In this document: positions 40,405 through 50,091 of the stretch, one piece after another
Layout of the letters: each line of letters opens with the position of its first letter
Position numbering within the stretch: position 1 is the stretch's first letter
DNA from: Promethearchaeota archaeon
Lineage (GTDB): Archaea > Asgardarchaeota > Lokiarchaeia > Sigyniarchaeales > SOKP01
Length of the DNA stretch: 64,000 nt
NCBI GenBank assembly: GCA_048941015.1
Contig: JBHLNZ010000002.1
Coordinates: 65,964 to 129,963, forward strand
Direction: 5' to 3'
The notes under the pieces: generated by a model
Database searches by the model: none
Told to the model about the DNA's origin: nothing
What the model saw: only the letters and a program-made list of their open reading frames with translations
Position numbers and translations under genes: made by a program

Positions 40405-42126
40405 TTATAATTTATTTCCACACTTATTACAAAAAGCATAATCAGATGACAAGATTGCTCCACATTGTTCACAGATTATAAGATCCTTTGATTTAGATTT
40501 TAATTCTTTCTCTGGAGGTGTTGATGTTATTACAGTAAAGTTGCTAGGTTCATTTTTAATTTCATCAACATTAGGAATTATCCTTAAGGTAGATGATTCT
40601 TCAGTTTTACTTTCTTTGGTACCGAGGAATGGAATAAAAGGACTAGTTTCTTTAGGCTCGATTTCCTCAAATCTTTGAGTTAATGCTTGAAAGAGGGAGG
40701 GTTTTTCAGAAATCTCGCTAGGTTCTATTTTTTCTTCTTTTTCTTTTGCTTTTTTTTTCTTCTTCTTTTCTTTTGCTTTTTTTTGCTTCTTTTTTTCTTT
40801 TTTAGAAAGAATTGTTTGTGGCATATAATCCACTAAAGAATCTGATTTAGTTCCAGACTGTTGAGCTGATGAGGGTTGAAGAAAGAAAGGTGATTCTGAT
40901 GAATTAGATATTGGTTCTGGCTCTGTTTTAAAGGTCATTGAAGCGGGTTTTGGTTTGATAGGTTCTTCCTTTTTTACAACACGAAATGGAGTAGCTGAAG
41001 ATGTTGTTTCTATTGATTTTTCAACACCTTCAGATCTAAATTCTTGTGGTGGCGGTGCGGGTATTGGAGTACTTTTAGAAAAAGGAATTGCTTTTGGTTT
41101 ATATGCTTCCTTTGAAAGTGAATCATAGCTATCTTGAGGAGGAATAAAAGAAGGAATAGATGTTACTTTATCACTTTTTTGAGATAATATTTCATCCGGT
41201 GTTTTGAATTCAATTTCTTTTGGTTCTGGAATTGGGATTTCAGGTTCTGACTCTTGTTCGAATGTAGGGAGGGGTTCTGTTTCTTTTATAACAGGAGCAT
41301 CTGGCACTGGTGGGGCTTCATACTCGAATTCTGGTTCAGATTCGGTAAGTGGTTCTGGCACCGGTGGGGCTTCATATTCGAATTCTGGTTTAGTTTCTAT
41401 AAGTGGTTCTGGCACCGGTGGGGCTTCATATTCGAATCCTGGTTCAGATTCAGTAAGTGGTTCTGGAACGGGAGGTGCTGAATATTCAAATTCAATTTCG
41501 GGTTTTAATGAAGGAATTTGTGAAATGCTTGGTGCTTCAATAAAAATTTGACCGGGATTGAAAACCGTATTATTTTTAATTAATTGATCTGGAACATCTG
41601 ATCCAATCATAAGGCAAGCTAGAATATAAAAGCAATCACCTACACCATCACCAGTTTTCGCAGATGTCTCCATATAATATAAATTAAAATCTCTCGTGAA
41701 ATCATTTAATTCATCTATTGACACAGCCCTTTGATCGGCTAAATCACTTTTATTCCCAACAAGTAATATTGGGACTTCAGCTTTAATGTTCGCTCTTACT
41801 TCTTCAATCCATTGAGGTAAGTGTTCAAAACTGGCCGAGTTAGTGACATCATATACTAAAACAACACCTAGAGATCCCCTATAATACATTGGCCTAATAG
41901 AACTAAAGCGTTCTTGGCCTCCAGTATCCCATAATTGTAATTTACATCTAATTGGACCTTCATCAGTATCAATAGATATTGTTTTTACATGAAAATCAAC
42001 CCCTATTGTCATTTTGTAATCCTCTGTAAAGAAACCTTTAGAAAAACGGAGAGTTAAAGCCGTTTTACCTACTCCTCCATCTCCTACAACTATTGATTTA
42101 AAAAGATAATCGTATTCCTCAGCCAT
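40405..42126 (-). CDS. Rab-like GTPase with Pro/Glu repeat tail, polybasic stretch and C-terminal zinc ribbon
   Basis: EYDYLFK..VGDGGVGKT, TIGVDF, LWDTGGQERF, YYRG, NKSD, ETSAK; CEQC..CNKC end. Confidence 0.92.
   Translation of the reverse strand: MAEEYDYLFKSIVVGDGGVGKTALTLRFSKGFFTEDYKMTIGVDFHVKTISIDTDEGPIRCKLQLWDTGGQERFSSIRPMYYRGSLGVVLVYDVTNSASFEHLPQWIEEVRANIKAEVPILLVGNKSDLADQRAVSIDELNDFTRDFNLYYMETSAKTGDGVGDCFYILACLMIGSDVPDQLIKNNTVFNPGQIFIEAPSISQIPSLKPEIEFEYSAPPVPEPLTESEPGFEYEAPPVPEPLIETKPEFEYEAPPVPEPLTESEPEFEYEAPPVPDAPVIKETEPLPTFEQESEPEIPIPEPKEIEFKTPDEILSQKSDKVTSIPSFIPPQDSYDSLSKEAYKPKAIPFSKSTPIPAPPPQEFRSEGVEKSIETTSSATPFRVVKKEEPIKPKPASMTFKTEPEPISNSSESPFFLQPSSAQQSGTKSDSLVDYMPQTILSKKEKKKQKKAKEKKKKKKAKEKEEKIEPSEISEKPSLFQALTQRFEEIEPKETSPFIPFLGTKESKTEESSTLRIIPNVDEIKNEPSNFTVITSTPPEKELKSKSKDLIICEQCGAILSSDYAFCNKCGNKL
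41300..41495 (-). repeat. 54-bp (18-aa) tandem repeat, about 3.5 copies, FEYEAPPVPEPLTESEP
   Basis: ggttctggcaccggtggggcttcatattcgaa at 41351 and 41405, with variant copies on both sides. Confidence 0.9.
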
Positions 42127-42345
42127 ATCTAGTCTCCCATTACTTTAAAAGTGAATTTTTTTATATTTAAAGATCTTAAACAATTTTGTTTTTATTATTA
42201 TAATTAAAAAAAGTTTTCTTAATTATATTTTTGGTTAATTACTATAATATCAATAAAAAAGAAAATAAACTAAAGTTTTTGCATTTTAGACATAAAGTAT
42301 TAGAAGGTTAATTAATAATAGGCTATAAAAATAGCACTTTAAAAT

Positions 42346-43251
42346 TTATTTCAAGAAGCGCGGTTTATTTGTTATTTTAAGAGCTTCTTTTTCTATATCT
42401 ATACTTTCAAACCATTCATTTAATGGATTGAAATTCTCTTCTGGAAATTCATAGGAGTGTTCCCGATCTGGATATAAAACCTTTTCTACTTCATTTTTAT
42501 AATCTTTTAAAGCTTTGCGAATACTTTTACCAATATCACCAAAATATTTTAAAAATTTAGGTTTAAAATCAGTAAAAATACCCAACATATCATTAATCAC
42601 AATAATTTGTCCATCACAGTATTTTCCAGCGCCTATTCCTATTGTTGGAATATTCACGGAGCTAGTAATAAGCTTAGCAACTTGCCATGGGATACTTTCT
42701 AGTACTATGGAAAAAACTCCTTCATTTTCCAAGTTTTTAGCATCCAAAATCAACTTTTTTGCTGCCTCGATGGTTTTTCCTTGAACCATAAATCCACCAA
42801 ATTGATATATTGCTTGGGGCGTAAGACCTATATGCCCCATTACCTGAATATCAGCATTTATTATTGCCCTAATTGTAGGGCATATTTCAGTTCCACCTTC
42901 AACTTTTACAGCTTCGGCACCTCCTTCTTGAATAAATCTTCCAGCATTTTTGACAGCTTCTTTAGTATCAATTTTGTATGACAGAAACGGCATATCTCCA
43001 ACAATCATCGCATTCGATACTGCTCGTGAAACTGCTTTAGTATGATGAATCATCTCATCCATCGTTACTGATAATGTATTTTTATAGCCTAAGACTACCA
43101 TTGAAAGGGAATCTCCAACTAGAATTAAGTCAAAACCACACTCATCAACAATTTTAGCTATAGAATAGTCATATGAAGTTATTGTTATTATTTTCTGGCC
43201 TTTTAGTTTCTTCTCTATAATTTTGTTAGCGGTCATTTTTTGAAGAGACAT
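42346..43251 (-). CDS. panB: 3-methyl-2-oxobutanoate hydroxymethyltransferase
   Basis: ILVGDSL, GDMPF.SY, AVKVEGG, GHIGLTPQ, PTIGIGAG..CDGQ. Confidence 0.96.
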   Translation of the reverse strand: MSLQKMTANKIIEKKLKGQKIITITSYDYSIAKIVDECGFDLILVGDSLSMVVLGYKNTLSVTMDEMIHHTKAVSRAVSNAMIVGDMPFLSYKIDTKEAVKNAGRFIQEGGAEAVKVEGGTEICPTIRAIINADIQVMGHIGLTPQAIYQFGGFMVQGKTIEAAKKLILDAKNLENEGVFSIVLESIPWQVAKLITSSVNIPTIGIGAGKYCDGQIIVINDMLGIFTDFKPKFLKYFGDIGKSIRKALKDYKNEVEKVLYPDREHSYEFPEENFNPLNEWFESIDIEKEALKITNKPRFLK

Positions 43252-43330
43252 ATATTAAATTAAAAATGTCGTTTTGAAAAATGTTATGAAAATTAGAGCT
43301 TCTGTTCATATTTATTCAATTTAAAAATAG

Positions 43331-43403
43331 AGCCAGAGGTGGGAGTTGAACCCACGTTATCAACTCTGCAGGCTGACGCTCAACCGAACTAAGCGACTCT
43401 GGC
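43331..43403 (-). tRNA. tRNA-Cys(GCA), intronless
   Basis: GCCAGAG/CTCTGGC acceptor, U discriminator; TCAGC-CTGCAGA-GTTGA; GTGGG-TTCAACT-CCCAC. Confidence 0.93.
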
Positions 43404-43416
43404 AAAAATGTAAAGA

Positions 43417-44358
43417 TCAATGAAAACAATTTTCTATTTCGTTTTGAATTTCTTTAAGAACTTTCTTAATCGCATTTATTTTTTCAGCTTGAGTACTAAT
43501 TCCTAAATATAATGAATAAAGATCGCTGTTAATATTTAGAGAATATTTTTTTACATATTCAACAGTATCTTGATCAATATTTAATCTTTCATCTATTTCT
43601 ACGTTTTCATCCACTAATCTTTGGAAAAACTCAAGATTATTACTTATATTAATGCTTATAATTTCATTAAATTCTCTAGAATCCATAATCTCTTTATAAT
43701 AATCAGAGATTATCAATCCTGTATCTGTATATAAAATTGCATGCTTACAATTAAAATCTTCCACAAGTTTTTGCATTTTATCATTTAATTTTTCGAGTTT
43801 TAGGAATTTATTTAAAGAATAAGAAAAAGCTTTCGAAATTGAAGCGATATCGAAGTAGGACATATTAAAAAATTTGAAATTCATATCATTATTTTGCTTT
43901 AGAATTAGAGTTTTTAACATTTCAGCTCTGTCAATAAAATCTTTATCAATTTTATATTTCGGATCGTACTTATCAAAACAGATTATCACTTCATTTGAGT
44001 AATCTAAAAGTCTATAGATATCTAAAATAGTATGTAAATAATTGCTTGCTTCTTCGAATTTTAATTCATCTTGAATATCGATAATAAAATAGAGATAATC
44101 CGTTTCACTAAAATATACCGGATCTTTTACATAAATTTCTCTATATTTTTCTTGACCGCCCATATCCCAAAAAAAGAATGTGTTACCAAGAAATTTAAAG
44201 GAGCTATAATCAACCTTTATAGTTGGTTTTAAATTTTTTACTTTCTCATAAAAATTATATTTTTGTCTTAATGCAATTAAGGAGCTAGTTTTGCCAGCAT
44301 TATCTAATCCCGCAATAACAATTTTATATTCATTATGTTTCCGATTGGTTTTGGACAT
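43417..44358 (-). CDS. Arf/Rag-like small GTPase with C-terminal roadblock/longin-like domain
   Basis: GLDNAGKT, PTI, WDMGGQEKYR, G4 variant DKYD; C-terminal AILYTDTGLIISD. Confidence 0.85.
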   Translation of the reverse strand: MSKTNRKHNEYKIVIAGLDNAGKTSSLIALRQKYNFYEKVKNLKPTIKVDYSSFKFLGNTFFFWDMGGQEKYREIYVKDPVYFSETDYLYFIIDIQDELKFEEASNYLHTILDIYRLLDYSNEVIICFDKYDPKYKIDKDFIDRAEMLKTLILKQNNDMNFKFFNMSYFDIASISKAFSYSLNKFLKLEKLNDKMQKLVEDFNCKHAILYTDTGLIISDYYKEIMDSREFNEIISINISNNLEFFQRLVDENVEIDERLNIDQDTVEYVKKYSLNINSDLYSLYLGISTQAEKINAIKKVLKEIQNEIENCFH

Positions 44359-44589
44359 CTTGAATATATCGGTGTGCTTTAGTAGATTTTTATTAAAAAT
44401 ATTTTAAAATATAATTATAAATCATGTTTCAGTTATTTATTTTTATTGATTTTGCATTATATATTCTCTGATTTTTTTTAGAAATCTCCTTAATAATAAT
44501 AAGAATAAAATAATGAAATAAACAATATTTTTCAATAAGATTTTTTAATTGTACCTTCATTTAATATCTCTGATAATATAAATTAGTAA

Positions 44590-45624
44590 TTGATGTTTAT
44601 GGATGCGAAAGATATAGATTTTTATTCTTTAGGTTTCAATTTTATACCCACCAAAACAATGTTTGTTTCAGATTATAAAAATGGTAAATGGAACAATGGG
44701 GAATTAGTCCCATTTGGAAACTTTGAAATTTCACCAGCTGCATGTGTATTAAACTATGGACAAGGAATATTTGAAGGAATGAAAGCCTTAAGAACCAAAA
44801 ATGGTGAGATTAATTTATTTCGGCCAAAAGATAATGCAAAAAGATTAAATGATAGTGCCAAGAGGATAATGATGCCTCAATTCAATACAGAAAAATTTCT
44901 TGAGGCGATAAAGGCAGTGGTAAAAGCTAATGAAGAATATATCCCTCCTTATGACAGTGGGGGAGCTTTATATCTAAGACCTCTAATGATTGGAAATGGA
45001 CCAATAGTAGGAGTAAAACCTGCTGATGAATATAAATTTATAATATTTACTGTACCTGTAGGTCCGTACTTCCGTGAAGGGTTTCATGGAATAGATTTAG
45101 AAATAACAAAAGAATATACACGTGCCGCTCCTGGGGGTACGGGAGCAGCAAAAACTTGTTGTAATTATGCAGGTTCCATGTTACCAGCGAAATTGACAAA
45201 AGAAAAAGGATTTGCTCAAGTTATTTTCTTAGATGCTGTGAACCTGGAATATATTGAAGAAGTCGGTACTGCTAATTTTTTTGCTATGATAAACGGTAAC
45301 CTTGCGACACCTAGATCAATTGGCACAATCTTACCCGGAGTAATTCGAAAATCTATTATAAAACTTGCTTCAGATAAATTAAGTATGAAAGTTGAAGAGA
45401 GAGATATATCGTATAAAGAATTATTTAAAGATACTTGTACTGAAGCTTTCTGTACTGGTACTGCTGCAGTTATAACACCTATTAAGTCGGTTATGATAGA
45501 AGGAAACAAGAAAATCTTTAGCGGAGGAGAACCTGGTGAAATCACGAGAAAACTTTATGAATTGCTAAAAGGGATTCAATATTCAGACATAGAAGATCCA
45601 TATGGATGGGTTGTTAAGGTATAA
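44590..45624 (+). CDS. ilvE: Branched-chain amino acid aminotransferase
   Basis: LNYGQGIFEGMKA, LYLRP, GAAK...NYA, ILPGV.R, FCTGTAAVITP, DPYGW. Confidence 0.95.
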   Translation: MMFMDAKDIDFYSLGFNFIPTKTMFVSDYKNGKWNNGELVPFGNFEISPAACVLNYGQGIFEGMKALRTKNGEINLFRPKDNAKRLNDSAKRIMMPQFNTEKFLEAIKAVVKANEEYIPPYDSGGALYLRPLMIGNGPIVGVKPADEYKFIIFTVPVGPYFREGFHGIDLEITKEYTRAAPGGTGAAKTCCNYAGSMLPAKLTKEKGFAQVIFLDAVNLEYIEEVGTANFFAMINGNLATPRSIGTILPGVIRKSIIKLASDKLSMKVEERDISYKELFKDTCTEAFCTGTAAVITPIKSVMIEGNKKIFSGGEPGEITRKLYELLKGIQYSDIEDPYGWVVKV

Positions 45625-45733
45625 AAAGCATTATTATATTTTCTCTATTTACCTTTTTAGTTAAAATTTCCCTTAATATATATTTCTAATATTTAAAGAT
45701 CCTTGATATAATAAAGATCTAATTAAATATAGA

Positions 45734-46996
45734 TTATAATAATACAGAGATAAAATAAGCAAGATAAAGTACTCCTAGACATATAAATGTGGGACGTGCT
45801 AAATACTTGAATGAACTTTTATAGTCTGTTTCATAAAAGCTAATATTATAAGCTAAGCAAGGGTGAAGTGGTGTCATTATATACCCTAAATACACAGCAA
45901 AGTAAATAAATGTAAAATCTAAAAGAGGCATTATAAGGATTGCATTCTGAAATAAATAAATAGGAATTAAAATTGAAATAGGTAATTGAACTCTTCCTGT
46001 TGCAAAACCAAGGAAAAAACTTATGAATATAAATAGAGATAATGGTAATTTTAATGATCCAATCTCTTCTGGTACTCCAGATTTGATGAATATATCTAAA
46101 AATAAAAACATTGCGATAATCAAGAGGGGAAATCGCCAAATTTTCATTTTCTTAATAATTTCTTTAATATTAAAAAAAGAGAATTTTGTGAACCTTAGGG
46201 CGAAAATTATGCTTACACAAATTCCGATGAGCAAAAAGATTTCTGGAATAACAGGTTTTAAAAAGCTACGACCTAAAAAGTCAATTATTGGAGCTAATAT
46301 GATAGGAAATAAGTTATGTAAAACTCTTTTTATGTCCCGATCGATTTTTTTTCCTCCTTTTTCCACAGAGCGTAATAAAGTGATATATCCAATCAAATTC
46401 ATTAAAATAAAGGGAAAAATCATAGCTAACACTATGGAATAAAGCGAAATTCCTGATAATGCACTAGCAACAAGTATTGCTGATGATATAGGATAAATTA
46501 AAAGTAAAGAATGGCGATACCACACATTTATTCCAACTTTTTGATCTGAATTTAAATTAATATCTACTTTATCAACAATAGGTGCTGACATTAAAGCACC
46601 TCCTGGAATTGGTAATAATCCGAATAATGCAGGGCTTAAAACTAAAGCAAATTTTTTAGAAATTTTAAGTTTTTCAATTAATTCAAGAATAAGTCCAGAT
46701 TCATCCATTATCCCTCCCAATATTGGAATAAGAGCCACCGAAATTGCTAAAAAGATTATTGAAGGGTTTGTAAAAACAGTTTTTAAGGATGATATAATAT
46801 TTACTTGGGTTAAAAATCCAAATAATAATGCAGCAAATGTTAAAATAATTCCTAACTCTTTTTTCGAGAAGATCAGGATAAGAGCAATTATAATAAAAAA
46901 ACTTAACCAGGAAGGAAACACAATAATGAAAATTATTAATTGTTTAAAAAATGTCAAGCAATTTTCTATTATAGGTTTAGTTAGAAATTTTCTCAA
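45734..46996 (-). CDS. DUF401-like multi-pass membrane protein (putative transporter)
   Basis: PALFGLLPIPGGALMSAP, INVWYRH, GY.MTPLHPCL; real start may be an internal GTG. Confidence 0.75.
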   Translation of the reverse strand: MRKFLTKPIIENCLTFFKQLIIFIIVFPSWLSFFIIIALILIFSKKELGIILTFAALLFGFLTQVNIISSLKTVFTNPSIIFLAISVALIPILGGIMDESGLILELIEKLKISKKFALVLSPALFGLLPIPGGALMSAPIVDKVDINLNSDQKVGINVWYRHSLLLIYPISSAILVASALSGISLYSIVLAMIFPFILMNLIGYITLLRSVEKGGKKIDRDIKRVLHNLFPIILAPIIDFLGRSFLKPVIPEIFLLIGICVSIIFALRFTKFSFFNIKEIIKKMKIWRFPLLIIAMFLFLDIFIKSGVPEEIGSLKLPLSLFIFISFFLGFATGRVQLPISILIPIYLFQNAILIMPLLDFTFIYFAVYLGYIMTPLHPCLAYNISFYETDYKSSFKYLARPTFICLGVLYLAYFISVLL

Positions 46997-47486
46997 TCAA
47001 AATATTGAATGCTTCTTTAACATTATATCCTGTTTTAGAGGAAATTTTAACAAAATCAATTACATTATCATGTAATTTCTTTAATTCAGAAACCAAAGTT
47101 TCTAAATAGTTATTTTCTAATTGATCTAATAAGTCAATTTTTGTCCCAACTAATAGAATGGGAATATTACCAATTTGTTTTAATTTAATCATCCATTCAG
47201 CGACATTTTCAAGAGTATTCAATCGTGTTAGATCAAATAAAATGAAAGCAGCAAAAGAACCATCGACAAATTCATCTAATATTTTTTTAAATTGAGCTTG
47301 TCCAGCAAAATCCCACATTACAAAGTTGTATTCTATTCCGTTAATATAAAAGATTTTCGAATAAAAGTCAACTCCTTTAGTTAATTCACTGCTCTCATCA
47401 AAAATATCATTAACTAAACGATTTAAAAACGAAGTCTTTCCAACGCCTCCATCTCCAGAAACAATGACTTTAACAGTTTTTCTCAT
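46977..47486 (-). CDS. Rab-like small GTPase
   Basis: GDGGVGKT, TKGVDF, WDFAGQ, TKID, ISSKTG. Confidence 0.92.
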   Translation of the reverse strand: MRKTVKVIVSGDGGVGKTSFLNRLVNDIFDESSELTKGVDFYSKIFYINGIEYNFVMWDFAGQAQFKKILDEFVDGSFAAFILFDLTRLNTLENVAEWMIKLKQIGNIPILLVGTKIDLLDQLENNYLETLVSELKKLHDNVIDFVKISSKTGYNVKEAFNILIEKISN

Positions 47487-47722
47487 TTTGTGACAAATTA
47501 TATGTTCATATTTTTAAAAAATGACGTTAAAATTTGGTATTTGTAATATTAGAACAAAATAAAATTTTGTTAAAGAAAGATTTTTAAATTGATTTCTGGA
47601 CTGCAACCCAGCTTTTATACGGTATTTATTGCTTAACAAAAACATAAATGAATTAGTTTTATATTTATAAAAAGCAATAATTACATATATTCAAAAAAAT
47701 TTGAAGGAAAAAAATAAATAGG

Positions 47723-48169
47723 TTGAGAATTAACATGGTTGATGCTTCTTTAGCCAAAGAAATAAAAGAAATGTATGATAACGGAAAAGTTGGAGAAAAA
47801 CCAGAAAATTTACTTAAGATTTATGAGTTTGTTAAGCAAATATCTGCTGAAAGTGATGAGTTAAAAGAAGAATTGGAAGATATGGACGCTTTTACCGCTC
47901 AAATTTCAATCACAGATCCAGTATTTAAATCGTGGTTAAAAATTGGAGATGGTAAATTTGATTATGGACAAGGAGAAACTGATGACCCGTCCTTTACTTT
48001 ATCTTGTACATATGAGATTATGGGTGGAATGATGGCAGGAGAAATCGAATCTACAAGTGCCTATATGTCGGGTGATCTTACAATAGAAGGCAATCTTCAA
48101 GATGCTATTGCTTATGGTGAGTATCTATCCTTAGCAATGGAAGTTGCTCAAAACCTGGGAGCAAGATAA
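47723..48169 (+). CDS. SCP2 sterol/lipid-binding domain protein
   Basis: GE.DDPSFTL...M.GE....AYMSGDLTIEGNL. Confidence 0.85.
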   Translation: MRINMVDASLAKEIKEMYDNGKVGEKPENLLKIYEFVKQISAESDELKEELEDMDAFTAQISITDPVFKSWLKIGDGKFDYGQGETDDPSFTLSCTYEIMGGMMAGEIESTSAYMSGDLTIEGNLQDAIAYGEYLSLAMEVAQNLGAR

Positions 48170-48351
48170 GATTATTATGTAATTTTTAAATTCTTTTTAT
48201 TTTTAATCTATACATTTTCTTTTAATATAATCGAAACCGCATCAATTCGTGTATTTTTAACTAAGTTTGACATAATAAATGGTTCTTTTTTATGAAAAAA
48301 TTTAAATTTAAAAAAAATCATTATTTCTATCTGAATTGACATTCATTTTGA

Positions 48352-49032
48352 ATGTCAAGAGTTGAAAACTACATGGTAAACTTAAAATCAATAGTTAGTA
48401 ATCTACAAAAACACTATTCTGATGCATCAGAGGTTGTAGTTGTAAGTAATAGAGGGAAAGTACTTTATTCTACTAAAAATTGGGATGTAAAAAGTGATAT
48501 TAATAAACTTCTTTCTAGTTGGGCAAGTGGTAATGCTCAATCTGTAAATTTGAATGGAATTCGATATTCTGTTCTACAAATGGCTCCCGAACGTTTTATT
48601 GCAACTAATCGTCAGAAAAAAGGGCATTTAATAGGAGCTAGCACTCCAGATGGTGAGACTTATTTCATAGCCCATATAAAACCAAAAGCCAAAGGATGGT
48701 ATCACATGGCATATCCGGCGGTTGCTAGAGCCGCGGCAATGGTTATAAAAGGTTCAAAATCAAAATTTATTGAAACGAATGTAGATACTTCTGATGATAG
48801 AGAACTTCAAACTAAATCAGCTTCATTGAGCTATGGAACGTCTAGCGGGTCTTTAGGAAGAAGTTATATTGATCCTATATTGAAAGCCGAAATTGAAGGT
48901 TTTTTACAATGGATAAGAAATCCTGAAGGATTATCAAGCTATATCTCTTATTATTTACAACAAAATGATAATTATCGAATATCTAAGCTTGCAGAAATTT
49001 ATAATGAACTATATCGTATTTGTAATCAGTAA
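48352..49032 (+). CDS. Asgard profilin homolog with C-terminal extension
   Basis: VVVSNRGKVLYSTKNWDV..DI, SVNLNGIRYSVLQ..PERFIATN...KGHL matches the Loki-profilin pattern (TENW..., IQGIKY...ER.IGTN..GKGH). Confidence 0.8.
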   Translation: MSRVENYMVNLKSIVSNLQKHYSDASEVVVVSNRGKVLYSTKNWDVKSDINKLLSSWASGNAQSVNLNGIRYSVLQMAPERFIATNRQKKGHLIGASTPDGETYFIAHIKPKAKGWYHMAYPAVARAAAMVIKGSKSKFIETNVDTSDDRELQTKSASLSYGTSSGSLGRSYIDPILKAEIEGFLQWIRNPEGLSSYISYYLQQNDNYRISKLAEIYNELYRICNQ

Positions 49033-49070
49033 GTTTTTGATTATTCATTAGATTTTACTTTATATTATAA

Positions 49071-49445
49071 ATTCGAAATTCTATAGATAGATTAATATTT
49101 AGCCATTTATCAACGAACTCAGATGATAGATTAGTTCAAGTACCTTTTATTGTAAATGAAATAGATAAAGAAATAACTTTTGAAAAAATTGTATGGATGG
49201 GTGATTTTAACCTTGAGCCTACATCGTCAGAATACAGTTTAATAAATGGAATTTCAATACTTAACTTTACAGACACTTATAGATATTTAAATACATTTTC
49301 AGGATATACGGGGGATTTTGATGAGGATCATACTCCACAGAAAAGAATTGATTACATAATGTGCTCATCTGATATTATACCACAATCCAATTATGTGTTT
49401 TGCTCAATTAGTTCGGATCATTGTGCTGTAATTACGCAATTTTAA
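49071..49445 (+). pseudogene. C-terminal fragment of an endonuclease/exonuclease/phosphatase (EEP) protein
   Basis: Frame open from 49071: HLS...MGDFN...DTYR...RIDYI...SDH; N-terminal half (TxN, QE motifs) absent. Confidence 0.65.
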
Positions 49446-49473
49446 AATTCTTTTTTTTAATAATTTCATGAAA

Positions 49474-49869
49474 CTAATCCTTTATGAATAGAAGCTGTGA
49501 TGTTCCTGTACATATCAAGTCGTCTTTTTGGTTCCAAATTTTGCTTTCACAGAAAAATATTTTTTTTCCACTTTTTATACATAATCCTTCTGCTATTAAT
49601 CGTCCTTCTGATACAGGTTTGAGATAAGCGACTTGTAAATCGATTGTAGTTATGTAACCATCAGGATAAATAAGAGAGTATGCTGCACATGCGCAAGTAG
49701 AATCAATCATAGAAGCTAAAACTCCACCATGTACCATGCCGTTCTGTGTTAATTCTTTCCTAATAATTAACTCAAATATCGCCTTACCATTTCTTATTTC
49801 TTTAAGTTCAAAACCTAATGTTGAATAATATGGTATTCGCTTATAGAGTAAGTTAATTAAATCTTCCAT
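49474..49869 (-). CDS. PaaI family thioesterase
   Basis: NGMVHGGVLASMID, TIDLQVAYLKPV. Confidence 0.92.
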   Translation of the reverse strand: MEDLINLLYKRIPYYSTLGFELKEIRNGKAIFELIIRKELTQNGMVHGGVLASMIDSTCACAAYSLIYPDGYITTIDLQVAYLKPVSEGRLIAEGLCIKSGKKIFFCESKIWNQKDDLICTGTSQLLFIKD

Positions 49870-49981
49870 GATGATAAAAATTATTTTTATGATATATAAT
49901 CTCTCTTTTCATCTAATCATAAAAGGTTTACTTAATATTCTTATATTTATATGTAGTTTACAAATAAGAGAGTTTTAAAAT

Positions 49982-50091
49982 GGCTCCTGTCAATATTTTT
50001 GATTTTTGTCTTTTGGATGTGAACTTTCTTTTCATCTTTTTTTGATCCTAATCGATTTAGACCATAATAATTGGTCTTTTTGACAGGAGTC
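49982..50091 (+). ncRNA. Candidate structured RNA or MITE-like element closed by a terminal inverted repeat
   Basis: GGCTCCTGTCAA (49982-49993) pairs with TTGACAGGAGTC (50080-50091); internal hairpins GGATG/CATCT and AGACCA/TGGTCT. Confidence 0.4.

Noticed and set aside
41300-41495. Periodic repeat as a CRISPR array
   Set aside because: In-frame coding repeat with no unique spacers and no cas genes
41204-41551. ORFs with GSGTGGASYSNS or WFWHRWGF repeats
   Set aside because: Reverse-strand readings of the Rab protein's 54-bp repeat
47596-47612. CTGG-ACTGCAAC-CCAG resembling a Cys anticodon arm
   Set aside because: No D arm, T arm or acceptor stem around it
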